From Octopus sinensis (taxonomy: Eukaryota): DNA of 64,000 nt. The notes under the pieces are model-generated. The model did no database searches, was not told where the DNA came from, and saw nothing but the letters and a program-made list of their open reading frames with translations. The stretch's first letter is position 1. Each line of letters starts with the position of its first letter. The stretch covers positions 91,636,001-91,700,000 of the forward strand of contig NC_043004.1 of assembly GCF_006345805.1 (NCBI RefSeq). Direction: 5' to 3'. Shown here one piece after another: positions 11,257 through 24,983 of this stretch. Both the position numbers and the translations under genes were made by a program.

Positions 11257-11954
11257 ACAACTACATGTATGCATGTATAACGTGTGTATATATGCATATG
11301 TGAGCAACATACATGCCTGCATCATTACGCTTTTCGTACACATAACGTAATACTTTCCTAATCCAAGTCTCTATAAAAAAATTCTAGACGCTACAGTCTC
11401 TGGTTACCGTCTATATGTGATCCACCACCACCACAACGAGCAGCCAAGACTGCAATACCCAGAGGCTGTTATTCCTCTTCAAGGTTAGAAAATACTTTAG
11501 TCAGTCTTCAGCCGTTATTGACACTCTTAAAAGATGCAAAAGACTATTCCATATCACAGCGCTGCTCACTTATCTGGGACGTTGCTGCAGCAGCTACACA
11601 TGCAAAGATCTTGGACTGTATCCAGGACAAAAAAACAACATCATCTTCATCACCATCATCATCATCAACAAAAGCACCAACGTCTGACTGATCAACAGAC
11701 TTTCACTTGCTAACACTCACATTGACCTGCGGTCTCATCCCAGTCTTCTGTCTGTCTGTCTCTGTCTGTCTGTCTCTCTCTTCCTTCCTCTCCCTCCCCC
11801 CTCCCTTCCCCTCTATCCCTCCCACCCTCACTTCCATTCTCTCCCTTCCCCCCTCTCTCTCTCGCTCGCTCTTGCATTCAGTTCTTCCGCTACTACAAGG
11901 GGCATCTGCTCCTATCGACCCCACTACTTCGACGCCGTTACTTTATTTTATGAA

Positions 11955-13048
11955 ATTCGGAGAGTGTTGAATGTGGAACGCAAAGATCCGGAGCAAATAT
12001 AGACGCTCTACCGATACTGCTAATCCACCCTTATAAATGACAATAATATTAAGCTTGCCGGGAAAAAATACTTAGCGGTATTTCGTCTGTCTTCATGTTC
12101 TGAGCTCAAATTCCCCCGAGGTCGACTTTGCCTTTCATCTTTTCGAGGTGGATAAAATAAGTACCACTTGAGTATTGGGGTCAATGTAATCGACTTACCC
12201 TTCTTCTAAAATTGCTGGCCGTCTGTCAAAATTTGACCTCGATGGGATTTGAACTAAGAATGTAAAGAGCTGGAACAAATACCGCAAAGCATTTTGTCCA
12301 ATGATCTAATGACTCTGCCAACGCACCGCACTACATCGTCCTAATAATGGTTTCAACTTTTGGCATCAGGCCAGCAATTTGCGGGGAGTCCGCAAATCGA
12401 ATACATCGATCCTAATGCTCAACTGGTACTTATTTTACCAACTCCGAAAGGTTGAGAGGTAAAATTGACCTCAGAGGAATTTGAACTCAGAGCGTAGACC
12501 TCAGAGGAATTTGAACTCAGAGCGTAGAGACGGGCGAGTTGCCGTTAAGCATTCTGCCCTGCGTGCTAACGATTCTGCCAGCTCATCGCCTTACATCACC
12601 CTAATAATCCTTTCCTACTATAGGCAGAAGGCCTGAAATTTTGAGGAAAGGAGTTAGTCGATTACATCGACCCCAGTGTTCTATTGGTGCTTAATTTATC
12701 GACCCTGAAAAGATGAAAAGCAAAGTCGACCTCGGCGGAATTTGAACTCGGAACATCAAGGCGAACAAATGCCGCTAACATCGCCCTAATAATATATTTC
12801 TTTACTACCCACAAGGGGCTAAACATAGAGGGGACAAACAAGGACGGACAAACGGGTCAATAAATTAAGTACCAGTTACGCATTGGGATTATATCGACCC
12901 CAGTGCGTAACTGGTACTTAATTTATTGACCCCGAAAGGATGAAAGGCCAAGTCGACCTCGGCTGAATTTGAACCCAGAACGTAACGGCAGACGAAATAC
13001 AGCTACGCATTTCGCCCGGCGTGCTAACGTTTCTGCCAGTTCGCCGCC
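11955..13048. mobile_element. Stack of about 5-6 SINE family B copies in both orientations
   Basis: Repeated head, B-box and gtcgat motifs. The copy at 12793-13048 (minus) is nearly full length. Confidence 0.8.
12467..12526. repeat. Perfect 30-bp tandem duplication inside a SINE
   Basis: gacctcagaggaatttgaactcagagcgta, twice. Confidence 0.9.
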
Positions 13049-13289
13049 TTCATCGCCCTAATAATAACATTAAAACAAGCCAGTGAACGGGTATATGCGA
13101 ATGTATGGGTAACTCTAAAAGTGTGCGTGTGCATATCTGTTTTCTTGCCTGCATGCATCTGTGCATGGAATTGCGTGTGTAAATAGGCACGTGAATGCAA
13201 GATTGCATATTGTGTGTATTTGTGAATCTGTATGTCAGTATGAATGGCTGTATGTGTGCAAAATATACGACAGATGTGCACTGAATGTG

Positions 13290-13353
13290 CAGCGGTGGTG
13301 ATGATGGAGGTAGTGGTGATGACAGTAGCTGTAGTGGAGATAATTACGACGAC

Positions 13354-13407
<54 letters not shown>

Positions 13408-13705
13408 GGTGGTGGTGAGGATAATGGTAGGGTTGGTGATAGTTATTGTGGTTGTGATAATTACGTTGATGATAGTGGTGGTGGTGGTGGTGGTGGTGGT
13501 GATGGTGGTGGTGGTGGTGGTGGTGGTGGTGGTGTGATGGTGGTAGTGGTGGTGGTGGTGGTGGTAGTCGTGGTGTGTTGAAGATAGTGATAGTAATGAT
13601 GGCTGGGGTGGCAGAAAAGGGTGATAACTGTAGTGGTAGCAATGGTTCATGCTTGTTGCTGTTGTTGTTGTTGTTGCTATTGGTAGTGGTGGTGGTGATG
13701 TAATA
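13290..13705. repeat. (GGT)n/(GAT)n low-complexity array containing a 91-bp dispersed island
   Basis: Direct reading; island at 13561-13651. Confidence 0.9.
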
Positions 13706-13709
13706 GTTG

Positions 13710-13900
13710 TTTAGCCCCAGGTCAGCGTTGATCAACCAGATACGCGATCAAAGATATCCCCTATCGTAACCGTCCAGAATTAATGGGTTTACGTAAGAAT
13801 TAATTATCGAATTATGCCATTCCTTACAGAAGACGGTAATGTCCGACTGGAGGGAGATTTGACTGCTATTTCTAACCAGTTGTACGACGACATACAGATT
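13710..13900 (-). mobile_element. Ancient SINE-like repeat (family J), ending in ctaaacaacaac
   Basis: Shares the agaaatagcagccaaatctccctc motif and gatca...ctggggctaa tail with 19690-19890, 27360-27570, 35465-35640 and 53430-53612. Confidence 0.5.
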
Positions 13901-13919
13901 CCTTTATGTTTACACGGTT

Positions 13920-14364
13920 AGTGTTAGCGGCAGTGGCAGGGGCGGCGGCAGTGGTGGTGTGGTGGTATGCTTGTGATGGCAATGACGGGAGTGGTCAGGG
14001 GTCATCGGTTGTGATTGGATAGCAGTGCAGGTGGTCGTGGTGGCGGTTGTCTGTTAGTGATAGTTTGTGATGGTAGTGGTTGTAGTGTTAGTTGTGGTGG
14101 TTAAAGGTAGTGGTGGTGGTTTCGGATAGGGTTACGGTAGTGGTTGTAGTGATGGTAGTGAGGGTTAGCAATTTTGTCGATGGTATTGGTGGTGGTAGTG
14201 GTGGTGGTGGTGGTGGTAGTGGTGGTGGTGGTGGTGGTGGTGGTGGTAGTGGTGCTGGAGGTAGTGACGGTAGTAATAATGGTGGTTAGTGATAACAGTG
14301 ATGGTAATGGTGGTATTGGTAGTGGTGGAAGTAGTAGCAGTACCAGCAGCAGCAGCAGTTGTAT

Positions 14365-14395
<31 letters not shown>

Positions 14396-14760
14396 GGTGG
14401 TGGTGGTGGTAGTAGTAGTAGTAGTAGTTGTTGTTGTAGTAGCAGTAGTAGTAGTAGTAGTAGTAGCAGTGGTAGTAGTAGTAGTAGTAGTAGTAGTAGA
14501 ATTGTAGTATTGTAGTAGCGATAGTGGTAGTAGTAGTAGTATTGTAGCGGTGGTAGTTAAGGCACTTGTGCCGATGGTGGTGATAGTTTGGTATAGTAGT
14601 TTTATTATGGTAAAAGTAGCAGTGTTGGGTGGGGTGGAGGGATGGAAGTGGGAGGGGCGGTAGTGGTGCTGGTGTCCGTTGCTTGGGGTGGTGGTGGTGG
14701 TGGTGGTGGTGGTGGTGGTGGTGAATGAGGTGACCAGTTTTGGTGTGGCAGAGTGCGAGT
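13920..14760. repeat. (GGT)n/(AGT)n low-complexity array
   Basis: Direct reading. Confidence 0.9.
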
Positions 14761-14764
14761 ATAA

Positions 14765-15093
14765 AAGTAATAATAACAATAACATAATAATTATAATAAT
14801 AAGAATAATATAATACTAATAATAATAATAATAATAATAATGATAATAATAATGATAATAATAATAATAATAATTAATAATAATAATAATACAATATAAT
14901 AATAAAATAATGATAATAATATTAATAATAATATGCATGGCAACTGCTCTCTCACTCAATAATAATAATAATGATAATAATGATAATAATAATAATAATA
15001 ATAATATAATAATAATATTAATAATATAATCTTAATAATAATAATGGCATGAACTGCTCCTCACTCACTACTAATAATATAATAATAACAATA

Positions 15094-15125
<32 letters not shown>

Positions 15126-15244
15126 TTAATAATAATAATGGCATGAACTGCTCTCTCATATAAAATAATAATGATAATAATGATAATAAGAATAAAATAA
15201 TAATAAATAAAATAATAATAATAATAATGATAATAATGATAATA

Positions 15245-15299
<55 letters not shown>

Positions 15300-15322
15300 A
15301 ATACTATTAATAATAATGAATT

Positions 15323-15354
<32 letters not shown>

Positions 15355-15358
15355 ATGA

Positions 15359-15402
<44 letters not shown>

Positions 15403-15420
15403 ATTAATAATAATAATATC
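14765..15420. repeat. (AAT)n array with three embedded ~20-nt family F 3' ends
   Basis: gcatgaactgctctctcactc-like words at 14935-14957, 15046-15066 and 15140-15158. Confidence 0.85.
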
Positions 15421-15867
15421 CCTTTCTACTGGAGGCACAAATTTGAGGCACAAGGCCTCAAATTTGGGGGGACTAGTCGATTAAATCGGTACCAGTCTTT
15501 CAATAATAATAATAATAATAATAATAGTTTTGATTATTTGTGACAACGTAGTAGACAGTGCTGATGGTGGTAGCGGTAGTAGTGGTGGTAGTGGTGGTGG
15601 TGGTGGCTGGTGATATAATGGAATGGTAGTGTTAGTATGTTGCTGGTGTTTCTGACGCTGATGATAGTGATGGCTTGGTTTGGTTTGGTCTGGTCTGGTT
15701 GGTGTGTAGTGTGGGTGCTGGTACGGTAGTGGTGTTAACGGTGAAAGAACAGCAGTAGCAGCAGCAGTAGTAGCAGTCACAGAAGTGTTGGTAGGGATGA
15801 GGTATTTATATATGTGTACATATGTGTGTGTGCGTATGTATTATATGTAATATATGTGTATGTGTGC

Positions 15868-15899
<32 letters not shown>

Positions 15900-15906
<7 letters not shown>

Positions 15907-16083
15907 CATACATACAACAAATAAATATCTAAATATTAACCACATATATATCTGTATAGAAGAAACGGACGTATGTCTGGGTATGGGGTGTGTATGTATA
16001 TATACAAACATACATAATACACACATATATATATATATATATGTATTATATATATATATGTATGTATATTAGTCAACAGACTA

Positions 16084-16122
<39 letters not shown>

Positions 16123-16234
16123 CAACAAATATATATCTAATATTAACCACATATATATCTGTACAGAAGAAACAGACATATGTGTGAGTGTGGGGTGTGT
16201 ATATATATACATACATAATACATATATATACATA

Positions 16235-16287
<53 letters not shown>

Positions 16288-16308
16288 ATAGTCACACTAT
16301 GTGTATAT

Positions 16309-16363
<55 letters not shown>

Positions 16364-16510
16364 CACACATACATACATACATACAACAAATTTTATCTAA
16401 ATATTAACCACATAGAAGAAACAGACATATGTCTGAGTGTAGGGTGTGTAAATACATATATACATAATACATATATATATGTATGTATATTAGTCAACAA
16501 ACTATGTATA
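15900..16510. repeat. Three-copy tandem duplication (unit about 220-250 bp) within (TA)n
   Basis: acaacaaat..atctaaatattaaccaca..agaagaaac.gac.tatgt recurs near 15915, 16123 and 16385. Confidence 0.85.
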
Positions 16511-16886
16511 TATACATATTTACATAATACATATATATATATATATATATATAATATATATATATCAATATGTCTATATAATTCAATAACTATATTATAT
16601 ATATATATATATAATATATATATATTTATTTACTACGCACACACACATACATACACACGCATGTGTGTGTGTGTGTACATACATAGATACACAGAAAAAT
16701 AGACATGTATGCCGTTGTTGTGTGTGAGTGAGTGTATATGTCTGTGTGTATGTAATGCCAAGCATTCATGTACAGGTGCAGTCACAAGCAAGTTTTTGCT
16801 GCAACGTTATTGATAGCGACAACCCCCTCCCCTCCCCCCCCCACTCTACACCACCCTTGCACGCGCGCACGCACACGCACAGACCT

Positions 16887-16924
<38 letters not shown>

Positions 16925-17029
16925 TTTCTCTCTACTCTGGCTTCCTGTCGGAAGTTAACGGATGCGCACGCGCAGACGTTATAAACAACATTTCGACAAA
17001 TCTCCAGTCCGTATTTGGCCTACTTGTTT

Positions 17030-17038
17030 CTCACTATC

Positions 17039-17073
<35 letters not shown>

Positions 17074-17100
17074 AGTCATCATCCTCATCGGTATGATCAG

Positions 17101-17131
<31 letters not shown>

Positions 17132-17276
17132 GTCATCATCTTTATTATTGTAGCCAGCATCACAATTTCCACCACCACCACCACCACCACCACCACAATC
17201 CCACTACTGTCATTATAACCATCACCATCACCTACGCCATAACCACCGCTACCACCACCACCACCACCACCACCAC

Positions 17277-17326
<50 letters not shown>

Positions 17327-17763
17327 TATTCTCACATTACCATCACTACCATCAACAGTGTCATCACCAACATGAACACAGCCACTTCATCACCACCACC
17401 ACCACCACCACCACCACTACCACTGCCACCGCTGCTCTAGTTATCATCGTCGCCATCATCATCATCATCATCATCATCTCAGTCACCAACGCTTCCACCA
17501 CTGTCATCGTAATTACCACCATCACCACCACCGCCGCCACCACCACCACTACCACCACCACCACCGCCACCACCACCACCATCATTATTACCATTACCTA
17601 CATTTCTTGGTACCACTATTATTGTCACCGAGAGGTGCTAACGCTTAAGGACAAATTTAATGGCAGTAGCCTCAATATAACACCACCACTGCTTTCTGAA
17701 ACAGCAACAACTAAACAGCAACAACAACAAAAACAAACAACAATAACAACAACAACAACAACA

Positions 17764-17822
<59 letters not shown>

Positions 17823-17865
17823 AATAACAGTAACAGCAGCACTATCACAAGCACCATCGCAAGCA
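17030..17865. repeat. (ACC)/(ATC)/(AAC)/(ACT)n compound trinucleotide array
   Basis: Direct reading; source of the spurious 371-aa ORF. Confidence 0.9.
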
Positions 17866-18393
17866 CCGCGCAATGGTTCTTGATAAAACCGAAATACAGA
17901 CGTCGTTTCAGTTTTCGGTAATAGACCCAAAACATATACGAACTGCAACCCCTATTTAAATCAGGGTAGCGGCTCAGACCACAAGTATAACAGAGGTTCC
18001 GTTTCAATTAGTATTAGGTCTAAGGCTACATGTAAAAACTGTAAGGGCCCCATTTTAACTGGGTATAGATCTAAGCCAAAGGTGAAATTTAGGTCCTATT
18101 TCAACTAGTAATATGCACAGGCTAGTTGTGGAATGCAGGTGTCGTATGAAGCTCTTCAAGTGTTTTTGTAATTAGTTCTAAATATATGTATAATTTATAT
18201 AAGGGGTACACACACACACACACACACACACAGTCACATACACACACTCTCACACACACAAGCACACACAAACACACACACACACACACACAAACACACA
18301 CAGGGTGTGTATTTAAATTATGCAAGAGTTAAAAGTATATGTATATATATATATATATATATGAACACGCACCCACCCACAGATAGATAGATG

Positions 18394-18427
<34 letters not shown>

Positions 18428-18789
18428 CAGAGTCAGAGAGAGAAAGAGGGAGAGAGGGGTAGTAAAAAAGATAAACAGAGAAATGTATACATATTCATGG
18501 CGTGTATATAATGTGTTTACATGGTGTATGTGTTATCTACTGACAAGGTGTGTATATCTGGATATGATAACATAACATAACACAAGAAAGAGAACTTAAA
18601 CGATTTATGTATAAAAGAAAAGAGGCAAATTTCTAAGCAAAAGAGTTCTTCGCTTCACTTTTAACATGTAACATTGGAGGTAGACCCTCTCCATCTTTAA
18701 AGAGCCCCGCTCAACTAGCCTCCCTCACTGTTTCTATTCTTTCATGACAAGAGAAATAACTAAAGTAGTCTAATAACATATCATCATCA

Positions 18790-18834
18790 TCATCACCATC
18801 ATCATCATCGTCGTCATCGTCGTCGTCGTCGTCG

Positions 18835-18867
<33 letters not shown>

Positions 18868-18962
18868 ATGTCATTTAATGTTCACTTTTCAATGCTCGCA
18901 TGGATTGGACGGTATTTGTTGAGAAAGATCTTATAATGGCCGGATGCCCTTCCTGTCAACAG
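18790..18962 (-). mobile_element. 3' end of SINE family D with (GAT)n tail
   Basis: Minus strand aggaagggcatccggcc...gtccaatccatgc..gcat.gaaaa..g.acattaaatga(tga)n; matches 37205-37340. Confidence 0.65.
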
Positions 18963-19114
18963 CCCTGAACTGTTTCCAAGTAATATTTTCGCATACCTAC
19001 GCAGACATATTTTTCACGGAAGCCTGGAGACGAACAATCTCGCTTGCACGACGATGATGCTCATTTACAACCACTGCGTACTGTCTAGACAAAGGTACAC
19101 ACAAACATATACAC

Positions 19115-19275
19115 ACAGTTTCGTCTATCAAATCCACTCGAAAGGCTTTGGTCGACCCAGAGCTATAATAGAAGATTATGGGGTTATAGTAGAAGACAAG
19201 TTGCCCTGCAGTGGGACTGAACCTTTGACCACATGGATGGGAAGTAACCTTCTTTTCCACACAGTCACACCTGTG
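19115..19275 (-). mobile_element. SINE family A, 5' half only
   Basis: aaatccactcg.aaggctttggtcgaccc..agctata...ccacacagtcacacctg. Confidence 0.65.
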
Positions 19276-20064
19276 CCGCTATATCAATATAATTCAAGGA
19301 GAGGATAATGTGCTGAAAGGCGCATACCAAGAATTCTCAATCAATTGGATTTCACCTCTTCGTCAAAAATTCATTAAAAAAAATGTGGCACATGTTAGCG
19401 ACCGTTAAAGTAAAGGGGAGATAACTTAAGGATTAGGTATATCTGGAACCATAACAATAGCACGTCAGAACTTCTACATGGTTGCTGGGTCTACTAGAAA
19501 TAGCAACTCTCCTTCAAATGACACTCTGTTTCTGCCTTGGGAAAGATCATATTGGGTTAAGGTGGGTACTTTTTGGGAAAAGGATTGGATGGTGACAGTT
19601 TGTTGATCTGAGGATGAATATTAACAATCGTAATACCATGAACACCAACTGCAGTAGTAACAAAAATGAACCAACGTGGGAGCTGCTATGTTTTTATTCA
19701 ATTTGCTAGAAATAACAGCTAAAATTCCCGCATATCACACCCAACCGTCTTAAAGAGGAAATGTTACATTAAATAGATTTTGTTTTATAAATAGCAATCA
19801 GGAGGATCCTGATTGTAATGCCTTTTATCCTAGGGTTTGCTTATTCTGTGGTTAACCCTGAGGTTGACCCTGAGGTTGAACATCACTAACAATACGAATT
19901 AATAAAGGAGTTCCGGCATGGATGCTTGATCTGCTGAAAATGGCAGTATACTTACCCTCGGAAAAACTACTACTAACATTGAGATGACATACACGTGGTC
20001 GCTCGACCTGTTAGAAATAGTAGACAACTTTCCCTCAAGTCGGGGTCGGGCATAGACTATAGAA

Positions 20065-20197
20065 CAGGCACGAGCAACCTTTTAGGACAAGTGGGCCGCA
20101 TGAGACATGGATTATTATCAGGCAAGCCGCACTACTAAAAAGCTTTCGTTATGCATGTCATTCAGAAGTCCCGCGGGCCGCAGGCTGGCCATGACTG
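20065..20197. mobile_element. Old hAT (Charlie-like) MITE
   Basis: TIRs CAGGCACGAGCAACCT / AGGCTGGCCATGACTG (11/16). Flanks ctatagaa / caacagaa (6/8). Confidence 0.55.
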
Positions 20198-20519
20198 CAA
20201 CAGAATCTAAATCGTGATGACTAGGTTGTTAGCTTTATCAGCCCACAACTTTACCCGAGAAAGGAATTAACTTTACTTGAGAAAGGTAGAGTTAGTCTCT
20301 AGCGGCATTTGAACTCGGGACTTAGGAAAGACAAACTTACAAACTGTAAAAAAAAAAGAAACACACACTGCCCGTTGCTCTACCGACTCTACCATTCTAT
20401 AATGCACAATTTACCGTTGTTTGATCTTCTGATAAATACATGCTGTTGTACATGCTGTGGAAATGTTGTTTATACTTCTGCTGTTGTTACAATTGCCATC
20501 AGCATCACAGTCGCCATTA

Positions 20520-22225
20520 CGTTAAACATCATCGCCGCCGCCGCCACCACCACCACCACCGCCACCACCACCATCACCACCACCACCACCACCACCACAA
20601 CCACCACAACCACCACCATCACCACCACCGCCACCGACACAACCATGAACCATTGCTACCACTACAGTTATCACCCTTTTCTGCCACCCCAGCCATCATT
20701 ACTATCACTATCTTCAACACACCACGACTACCACCATCACCACCACAACCACCACACAACCACCACAACCACCACCACCACCAAAACCACCACCACCACC
20801 ACCAAAACCACCACCATCACCACCACAACCACCACAACCACCACCACCACCACCGCCACCACCGCCACCACCATCACCACTATTATCTTTATCATGGTTA
20901 CCGCCATTATCATCACCACCATCGCCACCACAATAAACATAGCACCACCACCACCACCACCACTATTATAAACATCAACAACACAGCATTATAACCACTA
21001 TTAAATATCAACACCATCATCATTACCATTATCATCATCATCATCATCGTCGTTGTCGTCACCACCACCACCGTAAACATGAACACCATCACCGTCATCA
21101 CCATTATAAACATCAGCATCCATCACCATCACCACCACTACCACTACCATGATCAGGAGTGCTACTATCGCCACCGCTGTAAGCATCAACGCCAACACCA
21201 TCGACACCATTGTAAAACATCAGCATCACCACCGCCACCACCATCAGCAACGGCATCGCATCCAGCACCATCATTATGATGGTAGCTGCGTTACCATCAG
21301 GGTCATAATATCATCACTACTATTATGAACACCATCACCACCACCACCACCACCATCACCACCACCACCACCACCACCACCACTACCAGCATCACCACCA
21401 CCACCACCACGACCACCAGCACAATCACCACCACCACCACCATCACCACCACCACCACCACCACCACCATCACCACCACCACCACCACCACCACCATCAC
21501 CACCACGACCACCACCACCACCACGACCACCAGCACAATCACCACCACCACCACCACCACCACCATCACCACCAACACCACCACCACCACCATCACCAAC
21601 CACCACCACACCACCACCACCACCACCACCACGACCACGACCACCAGCACAATCACCACCACCACCACCATCACCACCACCACCACCACCACCACCATCA
21701 CCACCACCACCACCACCACCACCACCATCACCACCACCACCACCACCACCACCACGACCACCAGCACAATCACCACCACCACCACCACCACGACCATCAC
21801 CACCAACAACAACACAACCACCACCGCTACCACCACAACCACCACCACCACCACCACCACCACCACCATCACCACCACCACAACCACCACAACACCACCA
21901 CCACCACCACCACCATCATCATCAACATCATCACTATCACCACCACCACCACCACCACCATCATCATCAACATCATCACTATCACCATCACCATCACCAT
22001 CACCACCACCACCACCACCACCACCACTACCACCACCACCACCACCACCATCATCAACATCATCACTATCGCCTGCGACTTCTACTGTCAACACCACCGC
22101 CACCACCAACAACAATACCATCACAAAACCACAGTGCACATCATCGTTACCCTCATGATCGTAATCACACCTCACCACCACCACCACCACCACCACCACT
22201 ACCACCATCCTGACCATGCTGGTCA

Positions 22226-22257
<32 letters not shown>

Positions 22258-22260
22258 TTA
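20520..22260. repeat. Long (ACC)n/(ATC)n array
   Basis: Direct reading; contains the 91-bp island at 20644-20734. Confidence 0.95.
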
Positions 22261-22844
22261 TATAGCCTTCTGTACGTTTACATGTGCTGTGGCGGCAGAA
22301 GAGGAGCATATGCGAGAATACATTTTTATGTGTATATGTGATTTGCGTGTACGTGTGTTGTTGTTTGTTGTTTGTTTATCGTACAAACAAATCAAATTGG
22401 TTTTGTTATTTTGGCTATGACGTATGTACGTACGTACGCACGTACACTTGTAAAAATCTGTGTGTACGTACGTACATACACTTGTAAAAATCTGTGTGTT
22501 TGTGTATGTATGTATGCCTATCTTTCTATCTGTCTGTTTCTGTTCGTCTGCCTGTTTGCCTCTGTCTGTATGTCTGTCTGTCTGTCTATCTGTATGTATG
22601 TATGTGTGAATGAATATAATGAGTGTGAATGTGTGCAGAATGATAGTAGAACAGTGTAGCAGAGGCCGCGTGATTGCTGTATGTTCTTCTCAACTCAATA
22701 ATATCACCTACACTAAATTTCCAATACGCTGCTTTTTGATTGGATGACGTACAATTGATTTCTGCTATCATTACGAATAGTGTCCCGCATGTTCGCCTTC
22801 AGTTACCATAGACTGTAGCGTCCTATATTATATAAAGTCAACAA

Positions 22845-23028
22845 GCAGGAGTGGCTGTGTGGTAAGTAGCTTGCTAACCAACCATATGGTTCCGGGTTCA
22901 GTCCCACTGCGTGGCATCTTGGGCAAGTGTCTTCTGCTATAGCCCCGGGCCGACCAATGCCTTGTGAGTGGATTTGGTAGACGGAAACTGAAAAGAAGCC
23001 TGTCGTATATATATATATATATATATAT

Positions 23029-23086
<58 letters not shown>

Positions 23087-23296
23087 GTGTGTTTGTGTGT
23101 CTGTGTTTGTCGCCCTAGCATTGCTTGACAACCGATGCTGGTGTGTTTACGTCCCCGTCACCTAGCGGTTCGGCAAAAGAGACCGATAGAATAAGTACTG
23201 GGCTTACAAAGAATAAGTCCCGGGGTCGATTTGCTCGACTAAAGGCTGTGCTCCAGCATGGCCGCAGTCAAATGACTGAAACAAGTAAAAGAGTAA
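22845..23296 (+). mobile_element. SINE family A, full length
   Basis: Closely matches 5163-5573; internal (TA)n/(TG)n. Confidence 0.9.
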
Positions 23297-23614
23297 TATA
23301 AAATATTTTTTCTATTCTTTCTGCAAGAATAGTAAAAAAAATATTTAATCTAAAGTCAGCTGAAGTTGTTCTATTTTCTTTTTGTTTTTTTTTTTCCGAG
23401 TTGGTATGGTTGCGGATAAACAGCAGAAAAAGACTAAAAGTCTTTATTCCGTCTCAACCACTCGCTTGTTGTCGGTGCTTAGGTACATTTTAGTGAGCTC
23501 TTAAGGCATCCAGAACTGCTCGTCACTAGAATTTCTTTGCTAATTATCGTATTTCCATTGCAGGTATATGAAAACGAATGAAGACACATCCAACCAGAGA
23601 CACAACTTTTAAAT

Positions 23615-23776
23615 GGCGCAAGCGTGGCTGTGTGATAAGAAGCTTTTTTTTCAACCACATGGTTCCGGGTTCAGTCCCACTGCATGGCACCGTAGGTAAC
23701 TGTTTTCTACTATAGCCGCGGACCGACTAATGCCTTGTGAGTGGATTTGGTAGATAGAAACTGAAAGAAGCTCGTC

Positions 23777-23837
<61 letters not shown>

Positions 23838-24046
23838 CGTATCTATGTGTGTATGTGTCTTTGTACTTGTTCCCCAACCTCTTGACAACCGATATTGATG
23901 TGTTTATGTCACCGTAACTTAGCGGTTCGGCAAAAGAGACCGATAGGCTTTTAAAAAATAAGCCTTGTGGTCGATTTATTCGACTAAAACCCTTCAAGGC
24001 GTTGCACCAGCATGGTCGCAGTAAAATAACTGAAACAGGTAAAAGA
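23615..24046 (+). mobile_element. SINE family A, full length, more diverged
   Basis: Same head, microsatellite and tail layout. Confidence 0.85.
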
Positions 24047-24883
24047 TACTCTCATACATACATGTAAAGCCCTACTTCAGGACACTATAATCTCTGATTT
24101 CGTTAAACTGTACATTTTTTAAAATCGGTGTAATATGAAGGGTAAATATTTTGCCGCATAGTCTGTGTCATTACCGATGCAAATGATCCTCAAGACTTAG
24201 AGCATTATTATAGCACCATCGCAACGACTCTGTCCTGGAAACTTAGCTCCAGACATGTCTACAATGTCCCAGAACACTATTACAGCATTATCCTAACACT
24301 ACTACGCCTCTCACTTCGTCTAGACACATCTACTACATCCAAGGCCATGGCTTCAACACAGTCATAACAACACTATATCACCCACTCTGTCCCAACATAT
24401 CCGGAACTTCAACGTGGTCGCTCGACCAGTTAGAGGTAGTAGTAAAAATCACTCCTTCAAAATCACACGCACACACCTTCGACATCAAAAAGAGGAAGAA
24501 TTCATTGAATAATATAATTAGGAGTAGACTATGTTTGATAAAGGCTGATAGTCACGGTTGTAACGCTTTCGGTCATACGTCTGCACGATCAGGTTCGATT
24601 TGAGGACAAATAGCAACTTCTACTGCAACACCATCCTGGGACATAGATCACCAGAGATATGTGAGGAGGAATAGTAACTATCGAGCTGTGACCTCTGCTG
24701 AGGCTTCTGCCAGAACCTACAGGCATACAGAACCAGAATGAACAGTTGGGAAAATAGTACAACACCATCATACGATAAACCGTGTCGGAATATGCAATGT
24801 GGTTCTGAATACAAGCAACTTTCTTCTGTGCTGGCTGTATCGACCAATGATTTATGGAACTGAGCAATACAATACTATAATAG

Positions 24884-24920
<37 letters not shown>

Positions 24921-24983
24921 AATAATAACAACAACAACAACAACAATAATAATAATAATAAAAATACTGATAATAATAATAAT

